A stretch of 64,000 nucleotides of DNA from Octopus sinensis (Eukaryota), in contig NC_043023.1 of the NCBI RefSeq assembly GCF_006345805.1, forward strand, positions 4,092,001-4,156,000, read 5' to 3'. A program made the position numbers and the translations under genes. Positions 40,486 to 52,857 of the stretch are shown here, in pieces. Positions within the stretch are counted from its first letter, which is position 1, and each line of letters opens with the position of its first letter. The notes beneath the pieces are model-generated. The model ran no database searches, was not told the DNA's origin, and saw only the letters and a program-made list of their open reading frames with translations.

Positions 40486-40591
40486 TGTTAACAATTTGTT
40501 GATGAACGGGAACGTGAAACTCTGAGTAACAGCTTTTTTTATATTTCTTCTGCTTTTAAATAAAGTATATATATATGTATATATATATATG

Positions 40592-40635
<44 letters not shown>

Positions 40636-42138
40636 AAAGAAGAACAAGCAAAAATAACCAACAACACAAGGATGTGGTACAAGTACTGTGTTATTGGACA
40701 CTCAGGAAAGGAAAGAAAAGAAAGGATTTCACTCTATCAGCTGAAATGTGTTAACAACAAACAAGATGAGGACATATATCTGTCGAATGTAAATAATGAA
40801 CACACTCTGGGTTTTTTTTTTTTTTTGCATAGGTACATTGTCTATTTGAGCAAGACACTTTGTTTCACCTTGCTTAGACTACTTGGCTCTATACATGTAC
40901 CAGCTAACTACTGGTGTAGCCCCCCCCCTCTCTTTCTCTCTCTCGCCTACTCTTTCTCCCTCCCACTCTTTCTCCCTCACCCCAGAGGACAATAAGATCC
41001 CTAATGTTCTGCTGAGTTAAGACAGGTAGGGAGATGGCTGTGTCTCATTGTGACTCCATCTGCACCTAATACAACCAGCAAAAGCAGGGTATCAACTACA
41101 AAGTCACATGCAGTTCCAAATAGCTGCCATCTCTTTATATTTCTGTATACATGTGTATGTCTGTGTACACACACACACACACACACACACATATTTAGGC
41201 TAATATGTGTATGTGTATATACATGTGTGTCTGTGTGTACACATACACATACTCATATATGTGCAGGTTAGCAACTTGCCTTACAACCAAAGGATTCCAG
41301 GTTCAGTCCCACTGTGTGGCTCCTTGGGAAAGTCTTTTCTGCTATAGCCTTGGGCCAACCAAAGCCTTCCGAGTGGATTTGGTTGAAAGAAACTGAAAGA
41401 AGCCCGTCGTATACATATATATCTATGTGTGTGTGTGTCTTTGTGTTTCTTTTGTGTCCCCCCTCCCCCACTGCTTGACAATCAATATTGGTGTGTTAAC
41501 ACCCCTATAACTTAGCAGTTCAGCAAAAGTGACTGATAGAATATGTACCACGCTTTAAAAAAAAAAAAAAGAATTACTGGGGTCGATAGGTTTGACTAAA
41601 AATTCTTATACTGGTTTCAATTATAGACTGTGGCCATGCTGGGGCATGGCTGCACTCTAATGACTGAAACCAGTACAAGACAGATATTTCTTTGTATTGA
41701 ATGCTTTTCTCTCCGTTTCCCCAAAACAATGGGAAACTTAATTCACCGAGATGCAGCTTGTAGCAAGATGTGTGTGCACGTGGTGCACTCTGGTTGCATG
41801 CATTTTGAAGTGTGGAGGTGCACACAATTTATGAAATTGCAATATTATGTCAGTTTGTGTGACTAATGCAACATGTGCATAAATGACTGTGCAGCAGTGT
41901 TGATTGGTTTAGGAGGAGGAGGAGGGTTGGGTAGGAGGTTATTGTTGATCAATACAAGTATTGGTATTAAACTGTAGTAGTTCATAGGATGCAGGTGGTG
42001 GTGGTGGTGGTCGTGGTTGTGTAGTCCCAAGTCACCCTGATCCACTTGTCCTATCACGCACAAAGTAGGTAGCTGAAGTTTGACATATTCACATCTCTAC
42101 ACACTTTCGCATGCAGCAAAAGAATGTGTGAGATGCAA

Positions 42139-42889
42139 TGTGACAGTCTGGACATTTTGTACTCTCTCAGTGTGACAGTCTGGACATTTTGTACTCTCTC
42201 AGTGTGACAGTCTGGACATTTTGTACTCTCTCAGTGTGACAGTCTGGACATTTTGTACTCTCTGTGTGGCAGTCTGGACATATTGTACTCTCTCAGTGTG
42301 GCAGTCTGGACATTTTGTACTCTCTCGGTGTGACAGTCTGGACATTCCATACTCTCTCAGTGTGACAGTCTGGACATATTGTACTCTCTCAGTGTGGCAG
42401 TCTGGACATTTTGTACTCTCTCGGTGTGACAGTCTGGACATTTTGTACTCTCTCGGTGTGACAGTCTGGACATATTGTACTCTTTCAGTGTGGCAGTCTG
42501 GACATATTGTACTCTCTCAGTGTGGCAGTCTGGACATATTGTACTCTCTCAGTGTGGCAGTCTGGACATATTGTACTCTCTCAGTGTGACAGTCTGGACA
42601 TATTGTACTCTCTCAGTGTGACAGTCTGGACATTTTGTACTCTCTCAGTGTGACAGTCTGGACATTTTGTACTCTCTCAGTGTGACAGTCTGGACATATT
42701 GTACTCTCTCAGTTTGGCAGTCTGGACATATTGTACTCTTTCAGTGTGACAGTCTGGACATATTGTACTCTCTCAGTGTGACAGTCTGGACATATTGTAC
42801 TCTCTCAGTGTGGCAGTCTGGACATTCTGTACTCTCTCAGTGTGGCAGTCTGGACATTCTGTACTCTCTCAGTGTGGCAGTCTGGACAT
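42139..42889 (+). repeat. 32-bp minisatellite, about 23 copies
   Basis: Unit TGTGRCAGTCTGGACATWTTGTACTCTCTCAG repeated head-to-tail with no spacers. Confidence 0.97.
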
Positions 42890-43152
42890 AGACTCTCTTT
42901 GCTGTTTGGTTGATTTCTGTATTCCTGAAAATGCTGTATGCTCCAACATGCAGTAATATTGTAGGGGTCAACAGTCTTACAATAACTTTCTCCTCCATCT
43001 CTCTCCTTAAAGGAGCTTTTTTTACAGTCCAACCTTCTTCTCCAAGTCATGCAAAATTAAGCATCTCTCTCTCTCTCTTTCTCTTTGTCTTCCTTCCTCT
43101 CACTCGCACATACACACACACACTCTAACTCTTTCTCTCTTCCACACAACAG

Positions 43153-43299
43153 GGTGTCATCCAAGTTGAGAGGAAGCTAGGTGGGCGCCTCCTCGACAAA
43201 CCAAAACAGATTCCATTCCAAGATGGCGGAAATAACCTGTGTCTTACTATTGAAGAACTTTCCTCTGGATGGAGAAGTAAATTAGCTGCTAATTACCAG
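43153..43299 (+). CDS. unc5: UNC-5 exon: UPA domain (absent from ORF track)
   Basis: caacag|GGT...CAG|gtgagt; 147 nt, phase 0-0. GVIQVERKLGGRLLDKPKQIPFQDGGNNLCLTIEELSSGWRSKLAANYQ. Confidence 0.95.
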
Positions 43300-43504
43300 G
43301 TGAGTTAATTACTTTCCCCCACTGCCCCCCCCTCTTCACCTCACCTCACCTTTTACTTTGTGATGGTGGAGATTTCTGGTGTTTTATTTACATAAATTAT
43401 TCTGTATTTAATTCTTGTTGTTTAGCCCCAGGTCAGTCCTGATCAAGTAGATTTATGATCAAGGATCTTCCAGCTCTGACGATCCCATCTTTTATTTAAG
43501 CATC

Positions 43505-43726
43505 TATTGAGTGAGGTCGTTGCCAGTAGCGCCTGACTGGCCCCCGTGCCGGTGGCATGTAAAAGGCACCCAGTACACTCTCGGAGTGGTTGGCATTAGG
43601 AAGGGCATCCAGCTGTAGAAACTCTGCCAGATCAAGATTGGAGCCTGGTGCAGCCATCTGGTTCGTCAGCCCTCAGTCATTCGTTCAACCCATGGAAAGC
43701 GGATGTTAAACGATGATGATGATGAT
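43505..43726 (+). mobile_element. RTE-related (GAT)n-tailed SINE; many copies, e.g. 2320-2415, 55218-55400(-), 58550-58700, 61290-61500
   Basis: GGTTGGCATTAGGAAGGGCATCCAGCTGTAGAAAC...CATGGAAAGCGGATGTTAAAC(GAT)n. Confidence 0.8.
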
Positions 43727-44327
43727 CTTGGACTACATCATCTAATGTATGGTAATTGGTATTAGTGGCTATAATTGTTGTTGTTGAGTTTCCATGAGAC
43801 CCTTCCTAAGTCTACTCTGTCCACAGGTTCCCTCCACAACGAAGAGATCAGCACTTCTTTATGCAGATGTCCTCATCCATATGCATCATGTGACCAAACC
43901 AGTGCAGTCTTCTCTTTCATATTACAGCTGATGCTGCTTATACCCAATTTTTCTCTAAAGGCACTTCCTGTTTGTATATGTACATCATTATCATCATCAT
44001 TTAATGTCCCTTTTCCACGCTGGCATGGGTTGGACAGTTTGACAGGAGCTGGGTAGCTGAAGGGTTGCCATGACTCCATATCTGTTTTGGCATGGTTTCT
44101 ATGACTGGATGCCCTTTATAATACCAACCACTTTACAGAGTGTACTGGGAGCATTTACACAACACCTGCACAGGTGTGTTTATGTGGTACCAGCACCCGT
44201 GAGCCCACAAGATTAGGATCACTCAGCTGAAGAGGGACGTAGAGGACATACCTGCATGCAAGGAGAGCCTTGATTTTACTTTGCTTGAAGTGTCTTCTCA
44301 AGCACAACAAACTGTTTATTCCTTCTC

Positions 44328-44617
44328 GAGCCATGCCTGACTCATAAGAGCCAGTTTCCCGGTTTCCTTGGCGTATTGGTTCCCCACCTGGACGGGACAC
44401 CGGTCCATTGCAGGTGAGCTGCAAGATGCAAGAGGAAAGAGTGAGAGAAAGTTGTGGCGAAAGAGTCAGCAGAAGTTTGCCATTACCTTCTGCCAGAGAT
44501 GCGTGGAGCTTAGGTGTTTCACTCATAAACACACACATCGCCCGGTTTGAGATTCGAACCCGCAATCCCTTGACCGCGAGTCCCCTGCTCTAACCACTAG
44601 GCCATGTGCCTCCACAC
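44328..44617 (-). mobile_element. tRNA-derived SINE; related copy at 53722-53965(+)
   Basis: Minus strand TGGCCTAGTGGTTAGAGCAG...GGGTTCGAATCTC (A and B boxes). Confidence 0.8.
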
Positions 44618-45098
44618 AACAAACTGTTGGAAATCTTGGTCCCCTGTCATCCCCTCTGTGAGGCCCAGCATCTGAAGATCCTTTCTCACCACTTTGTCCC
44701 ACATCTTCCTGGGTCTACCCTTTGTCTTATACTCTGAATTGAAATTGTTTTAAATTATATTTTGATTAACCTGTCATACACAAAGAATTACCTGGAATTC
44801 TGATTGTTTGATATATTTAACCAAATTCCTAACACTGACTTCTTCATAGGTATCTGCCTGGATTTATTAATCCCTTTTACCTCTACGTTCTGAGTTCAAA
44901 TTCCGCTGAGGTCGACTTTGCCTTTCATCCTTTCAGGGTTGATAAATAAAGTACCAGTTACGCACTGGGGTCGATGTAATCGACTTAATTCCTTTGTCTG
45001 TCCTTGTTTGTCCCCTCTGTGTTTAGCCCCTTGTGGGCAATAAAGAAATATATATAATAACGTATGTATCATGCTCTTCCTATTTACCATTCCAACAG

Positions 45099-45269
45099 GA
45101 AATTCCGTTCCGCCATATCTGGAGTGGTAACCAGAACAACCTCCACTGCTCGTTCTCCCTGGAACTCCTCGACAGATCCCAACACAAGATCAGTTGTAAG
45201 ATCCAAGTTTACCAGAAAGCTATTCTCAGTAACAGGCAACTTCTTCATGTTTTCACAAATCTCAAAGAC
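45099..45269 (+). CDS. unc5: UNC-5 exon: UPA domain C-terminal part
   Basis: ccaacag|GAA...GAC|gtaagt; 171 nt, phase 0-0. EIPFRHIWSGNQNNLHCSFSLELLDRSQHKISCKIQVYQ... contains the EIPFxHIWSG..LHCxFxLE UNC5 motif. Confidence 0.95.
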
Positions 45270-46514
45270 GTAAGTACTCTACAAACCATTTTGTCATCTT
45301 CTTCCTCATCTGATCGTTGTTGTTGATGTTGTTTAGCCCAGGGCCAGTCCCCCACTTCAATCCTTTGGTTCAGAGACATTCAGTCTTTAACCATATGTCT
45401 TTGTGATTCTGTTGTTATTCAAATCGTTGAGTGTGACCCAAGGCAGATTTAGCTATTTTTAGCACGTTCTGCCAAAACATAGTTTGTTATTGTTGTTTAG
45501 CTCTCCAGAGGCACCTCTTCCCCACCTCATTACTTTAATCAGTGACCTTAGGGTCAAAGGCATTCAATCTATAATCATATGCCTTTGTAATTTGTAGCTT
45601 TCATATTTGGGAATGATTGGGTGTTATCTGAGACAAATTTAGCTGTTATTTCTAGCATGCTCAACAACGTCATAGCTCGTTGTTGTTGTTGTTGTTTTTG
45701 TTGTTGTTGTTTTTGTTGTTGCTGCTGCTGTTGAGCTCCAGGGCTACCCTGTAAGAGTAAACATTCTATCTGTGGCAATCCCTCTTCATTTCAGATACAG
45801 GATATAAAAGTTTTCCATTCTTGCAAATGATTCGGCATGAAGTGGACTGCTAGCAGAATACACAAAAATATAAAGAATTGTTATTGCTGCTGGCACAAGA
45901 ATTAAGTGAGGAATGGGATAAAATAAGATTCTTTACAGTATTTAGTCAATGAAGATGTTTAATGGAATGAGTATTTTCTCCAAATTCAACTTTACTTTAC
46001 TTTCATCCGTCTGGCATTGATAAAATAAAGTAGCAGTGAAATACTGGGGAAGATTTAATATTCCTATTAAACATCCAAGATGTAAATGGAATTATAAAAG
46101 AAGACTAATACTAACTTTACCTTTCATCCTTTTGGGATTGATAAAATCAAGTGCTAGTCAAGTACTGGAGGTCAAAGGTGTCAATTAACCCCCTTCCTTA
46201 AAATAATGAAAATACTCTACTAAACTCTTTCTTTCCATTTGTACACATTCCTCTACTGCTATTAACTCTCTTCCACCCTGGTCTCTCTTCAAGTACAGCC
46301 AGTTGATATCAGCTTTCGGATGGTGGGATCCATACATTGTCAACAACTTCCTAAATTTTCTGTCAAATTTCTTTATATCGTTTCTTGTCCAGTCTTTAAT
46401 TCCAACACCATATCTATTAAGGATATTGCTCTTGAATTTATTGCTTCCTGACCATTTCCTTTTCCCAAATCCTTATTATTATTATTATTTTAGTTTAGCT
46501 CAGGTTTGGTCTCA

Positions 46515-49500
46515 TTCCTGGTGGGAATTATGTGGCTAGCAGGTTACTACCTGTAACCTTAGGTATCCACAAGTTTTCAGCAGTCTTCCAAGTGTTTAGA
46601 ACCCTTCTGATGATCAATCCTTGCTCTCCCTAAGAGACAAACTTTTTGTAGAAGCCCTACCAGGCATTCTATTTCAATTTTCTTCAACCATTTGTCTATA
46701 TCTTGGTTTACTGTTCCCAACACACCAATTACTACAGGTATAACCTTTACTATTCACATGCTCCAAATTCTTCCTATTTCAAACTTTAAGGGATTGCATT
46801 TTCTTTGTTTTTCTTCCTCTTTCTTTATGATCCTGGAATCATATGGGCACAAGGGGTTGATAATTAAGCAACTTTGCTTTTCTTTACCTATAATTGTTAT
46901 CTGGTCTATTATATTCTAACTTCTTGTCCATTTCAATAGCAAAGTCCCACCAAAATCTTACATTTCTTCAATTCCAGTACTCATTCAACTCAAAGAGGCT
47001 ACCATATGTTTCCAGCTTCAAATCCCCATTTCTGGCACAGTTTCCAGTGTAAAACATTTACAACCTGGTCGTGCCTCCATTTCTTATATTCTTCCTATGC
47101 CAACTTGGGGTACTCTTCCACAATGTGTGCCACTGTCTCATTCCAAGTTCTACAGACTCTACATTTTTCTGAAACATTCTCTTCATATTTTTTCTCAAGT
47201 TGTTTGTTTTTATCGCTTGATCTTGGGCTGCTACAATTAGGCTTTCTGTTTTTTTTGTTTTTTTTAATCACCCCTTTTTTAACCAAACCCAGGATTTTGT
47301 TCCACATACGTCTTCAGTGACTCTCCAAAATTGGCCCTTCACAGGTTTCTCTTTGATATCCCTGATGTGCTCTCTTTGTATTTCGTTCTTGTCCCTTTTC
47401 TCCTTATTAAGTGCTCCATCACCTGTCTTTGGTAGTTTCTGTCTTCGTTAATTGTCTTTAGTATTTTTTTTTCTGTGCTGCTCTGTAAATACTCTACTAA
47501 ACTCTTTCTTTCCATCTGTACCCATTTCTCTACTGCTATTAACTCTCTTCCACCCTCGTCTCTCTTCAAGTACAGCCGGTTGATGTCAGCTTTCGGATGG
47601 TGGGATCCATACATTGTCAACAACTTCCTAATTTTTCTGTCAGGTTTCTTCATATATCATTTCTGGTCCAGTCTTTAATTCCAACACCATATCTATTAAG
47701 GGTAGTACTGCTCTTGAATTTATTGCTTCAATAAAATTTTTGGAATTCAGCTTTAACAATTATTTTCTGACTCTCCTTGTGTACACCTTAATGGTAATTT
47801 GTTTCATTTCTTCATTTTTATTTCGTCTGCTTCCAGTATTCCCAAGTACTTATACCATTGTCCTTTTTTGACTGATCTCATTCTTTGCCCATTTGGCATT
47901 TCAATTCCCTCGTTTCTTTCAAGTCTTCCTAGTTTCATTTTCAATATATTGCACTTTCCTTTTCCAAATTCCATTCCTACACTATTTGAGAAATTGTGGA
48001 CAGTATGTACAAGATTTTTAAGCTGTTTCTTACCTTTCACGTAAACCTTTATACCATGCATGAAAAGGAGATGATTTATCTGACCATTTCCTTTTCCCAA
48101 ATCATAAGCAATTTTAACTTTTTGTAGTGTCCATGGTGATTGGTATGAAGACCAATGTGACTAGCAATGGAGATAAGCTTTCACCTTGGAATATTCCGTG
48201 TCTGATGTCTGATGTTCACTTTTCTGAGTCTGTTTTCCTTTGATCAATTCAGTATTCCAATATTTCATACTTTCATTAAGCATTTTCTCTGTGTTTCTTA
48301 CTATTCCAAACATGCTCATTGTTCTACTCATCCATCTGTGTGGTACCATGTCATATGTGTTTTGTAATCTAGCTCTGCTACCTCCAGTCCCGTCAATCTG
48401 CATCTGCAATCTCTATCATTTTCTTGACTAATAAGTGTTCTCTTGTTGCCCTGCTTTGTTTCCTGTATCCTTTCTGTTCTTCTGGAAGTAGAGTACTACT
48501 TTCCAGATGGTTTTATAACTCTTCCACCAAGACACCAGCCATAAGCTTCCACATAAGTGGTTAACAGGTTATAGGTCAAAAGCTTGATGCCAAGTTCCCT
48601 TTCAAAGGATCCTTGAGGCATAGTAGCATTCATGCAGACAGGGACCTTGCTGCAAGCAGTCTTCCAGCTGCATAATGATCCTTTCATGAAAATGTTGTAA
48701 AGTTCTTCAGCCAAATAGTCTTGTACTCCATTTGGACCTAGGCCTTTTCAATTTGCTATTTTTTTAAAACTTCTGTCTCATCATATGTAGATTAATTCTG
48801 ATGCCCTTTTGTCTTGGCACTGTTGTCTTTCCACTTTTGTCAGCCACTCCACACTTTCTTTATGTCCCGTTGACCTGTTCCACAGCTTTCCCAAAAATTC
48901 TTTACTTTCATCAACATCTAGAATCAGTTCCTGGTATTGGCCTCCCTCTATTTCCTCAAATAGATGCCTTCTATTCTGTTTAAAACCTTTGCAGTTGGCT
49001 TCATATCTTTTCAATTTGGCCTTTAATGTTGTCACCTTTTGTATCAATTCCTCATATACTCTTTGGTTCCCTCTTTCTTTTAACCTGTCCACTCAATTTT
49101 CTGATTGCTACCTTATTCTTAAACTCTCCTCTCGTTATCCTTTTCAATTGCCCCAGTTCTTTCTGTGTCTTTTCCAGCTTCATTCAAATTCTCTTCCTCC
49201 AATTTGATTCTTTTCATTTGCTTTCATATTTTCAGTTTTTCACTTGTCACCTACCATGTTACCTACAACATTAGCAGCAGCTGTGATTAGTCGATTTGTT
49301 TCACTGATGGTTTCTCTTTTAATCATGCTTAAAGCATCCTTTACTCCGCCCATGGCTTTCCTCATTTGTTTTCTGTCCATATATCTTACATTTGATGGTA
49401 CTTCACTGTTCCTATCAGACATTTTACTTTGCAACACTTCTAAAATCTCCTTCTCTTCATCATTCAAGTCTTGTACAGTACTTACTGTCACTTGTCCACC

Positions 49501-50177
49501 TAGATCGTCTTCATTACTTACTTTATCAATATTCTTTGGTATTTTGCAGTTTCCATCTGTTTCGTGTTCTTCATCCCTTACTGCTTTCTGCTACTGCTCT
49601 TTCCTCTCTCCTTCTGCTCTTCTTTTATTGTGTCTCTGTATTTCTTCAATCTCTCCTCCCAAAATCCATTTGTTCCCACAGATTGCTTTTACTTGCTCCA
49701 TCAGTTACTGAGTGGATGCTTCAAAACCTCCTTTTTCATCCCATATTCTCTTCATTCAATTCATGAACCCTCTTTTATTTGGCTCACTCTCCAGCCAGCA
49801 TTCTATTACTATTTTTGTTTACATCTTTTTCCCATTCCTTTGTTTTTCTTTTCCACTTTTGATGATGACCTTCCGGAGTTTGATCAGATACTCCCTGTCT
49901 GCCATGCGTGGACACCTTCACTGTTAACAATTCCTGTTGTGGTCATTATTTAATTTTGACATCACTCATTTGTAATGCTAGCCAAGGTTGCAAGAGTCCA
50001 CACCTACCTTGGAGTACACTGATTTTAGTGCCAGTCTCATTCAATCCATTGTTTTATATTTTTGTATTTGACATTTTCACTCCTGAGAATTTTGGTGTTT
50101 TTATTGAGTCACCTTGTCTAGAGGGGTTACCAACCAAGGCTAAAGGGACCCCTCTTCCCATAAGACAGATGCCAAAA
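46515..50177 (-). mobile_element. Near full-length (about 3.7 kb) degenerate R4/Dong-clade LINE; extra internal fragment at 46220-46470
   Basis: N-terminal IVIECWLESEPNKRG..., RT motifs YDMVPHRW, INHLLFM and YKYLG, CRVC...ETVAHIV knuckle, RPDI-type endonuclease region; both ends in (TAA)n. Confidence 0.9.
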
Positions 50178-51933
50178 TTATTATTATTATTATTATTATT
50201 AATGTCAAGGCAGTGAACTGACAGAATTATTAGCACACTGAGCAAAGCACTTGCAGCATTTCATCTGTCTTTACATTCGGAGTTCAAATTCCACTGAGGT
50301 CAACTTTGCCTTTCATCCTATCAGGGTCAAGAAATTACCAGTTATGCACTGGGGTCGATGTAATTGACTAGCCCCCTCCCTACAAATTTCAGGCCATGTG
50401 CCTTTAGTGGAAAGAATTGTTATTATTATGGCTCGTAGAATCATTAATGTGTCAGGCAAAATGCTTTGTGGCATTTTGTCTGTCTTTACATTCTGAGTTC
50501 AAAACCTACCGAGGATGACTTTGGCTTTCATCCTTTTAGGGTCAATAAAATAAGGACCAGTTCAGTGCTAGGCTTCATGTAATCAACTTGTCCACTTCCC
50601 ATAAATTTCAGATTTTGTGTTTATAGTAAGAAAGAATTATTATTATTATTAAGGTGCAGGAGTGGCTGTGTGGTAAGTAGCTTGTTTACCAGCCACATGG
50701 TTTCAGGTTCAGTCCCACTGCATGGCACCTTGGGCAAGTGTCTTCTACTATAGCCTTGGGCCAACCAAAACCTTGTGGTATTTGTGTGTCTGTGTTTCTC
50801 CTCCACCAACGCTTGACATCCGATTGTGGCGTGTCTACATCCCCATAACTTAGTAGTTCGGCAAAAGAGACTGATAGAATAAGTACTAGGCTTACAAAGA
50901 ATAAGTCTTGGGGTCAATTTGTTCAACTAAAGGTGGTGCTCCAGCATGGCCACAGTCAAATGACTGGAACAAATAAAAGAATAAAAGAAAAGGTGTCGAA
51001 CTGGCAGAATCATTATGAAACACAGGGCAAAATGCTTAACAGCATTCTGTCTGTTTTGAGTTCAAATCCCACTAAGGTCGACTTTGCCTTTCATCTTTTC
51101 AAGTTGATGAAATAAGTACCAGTTACACACTGGGGGTGATGTTATCGACTAGTCCCCTCTCCCAAAATTTCAGGCCTTGTGCCTTTACTAGAAAGGATTA
51201 TTTAAGGTGGTGAGTTGGGAGAATCGTTAGTCGCTAAGGTCATCTTTGCCTTTCATCCTTTCGGGAAAATTAAGTACCAGTGAAACACTGGGGTTGATGT
51301 TATCGACTAGTCCCCTCCCCCAAAATTTCAGACCTTGTGCCTGTAGTAGAAAGGATTATTATTATTATTATTGATAGAGATCAGAAAAATTCCTTGTAGT
51401 AATCTTCCAATTCTTTACCTTCTGAGTTCAAATCTCACAAGTCAGCTTTACTTTCCACTCTTCTAGAGTTGATAAAACACCCTTCAATTAATGAGGTCAG
51501 TGTTACCGACTAAGCCCCTTCAGGCCTTATATCAACGCTGGAAACAGTTGCTGTTGTTTTATAATTGTTGTTTTATTATCACTTTGTTGCTGTTGTTGTC
51601 ATGATTGTGGTTGTCAAATTTCACTGAAAAATAATCAAAATGTGTGGAGAGGAGGTTCTTCCTCCTAGCAAAATACTTTGCATCGTGGATGAGAGTGGCA
51701 AGCATGATCCCAGGGAACAGGTTTTTGGGAGGTATTGCCCCCACCACCACCACCACCTTGTGGAGAATTTTCTTTGAATTTATTTTTTTTACCTAATTTT
51801 GTCTTTGCTATTTTCTTTATGTATACAATTTTTTTTAATGTAATCGCACGGTGTATTGTCCTGTACTGGCCGTGATCTGTTTTGTAAACCCTAGGCTAAT
51901 GAAGAAGGCATTATTATTTTTATTATAATTGTG

Positions 51934-51996
<63 letters not shown>

Positions 51997-52816
51997 TAGG
52001 GTCAATGTAATCAACTTTGACCATCCCCTCGAACTTGTGGCCAAAATTTGAAACTGAAGGCAGTCAGCTGGCAGAATACTCAGTGACATTTCGTCCGTCT
52101 TATGTTCTAAGTTCAAATTCTGCTGAGGTTGACTTTGCCTTTCATTCTTTCAGGGTCAATGAAATAAGTACCAGTTGTGTACTGGGGCTGATGTAATCAA
52201 CTTAACCCATCCTCCTAAATTTCAGACCTTGTGCCTATAGTAGAAATAATTTCTATACTATTATTGAGTGAGAGAGCAGTGCTTGCCACCAAAGTGACAC
52301 TGGGGTAAGATATATGAAGCCCAATATACCCATCATGACTACCCAGCTGATAAGGGTACACCAGGCACATGCATCACAACCATATGTGCATGAGATGGTG
52401 ATCACATATCAAGATTAACAGCGCATGACCTTGCAGGTGGGGCCCAGTTAGACTTTTCTTCTGGTTGAGTAACCCATCCTGCTCAAAAGGTCCCCGAATA
52501 AGGATTGTTTAAGGATGTTGAACGAAACACCCATGTTTCCAGAGGTGAATTATTCAAACCCCAAAGAATCCCGCTCAACACGTGGCTATGATGCTCCTCC
52601 ACTACTTCTGCTCGTGATCAGAAATGCACATATCGTCAGCCACCAAGGGACATGTTCAACTGGTTAAGGTCAAACAACTGACAAGCAAATTGAACAGAAT
52701 ATTTGCTGTAGTCCATCTTTTATATCAAGATAAAACATCTACATAATAATATTTCCAATCAGTTAAAATGAGAAGCCATGAGAGACAGTGCCTGGTATTG
52801 TATTAGGGCATTTATA

Positions 52817-52857
<41 letters not shown>

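Noticed and set aside
42139-42889. CRISPR-like array
   Set aside because: Units are contiguous with no unique spacers, there are no cas genes, and the context is a eukaryotic intron.
44540-44617. tRNA gene
   Set aside because: The A and B boxes belong to a SINE head that continues into repeat body; no full cloverleaf or terminator.
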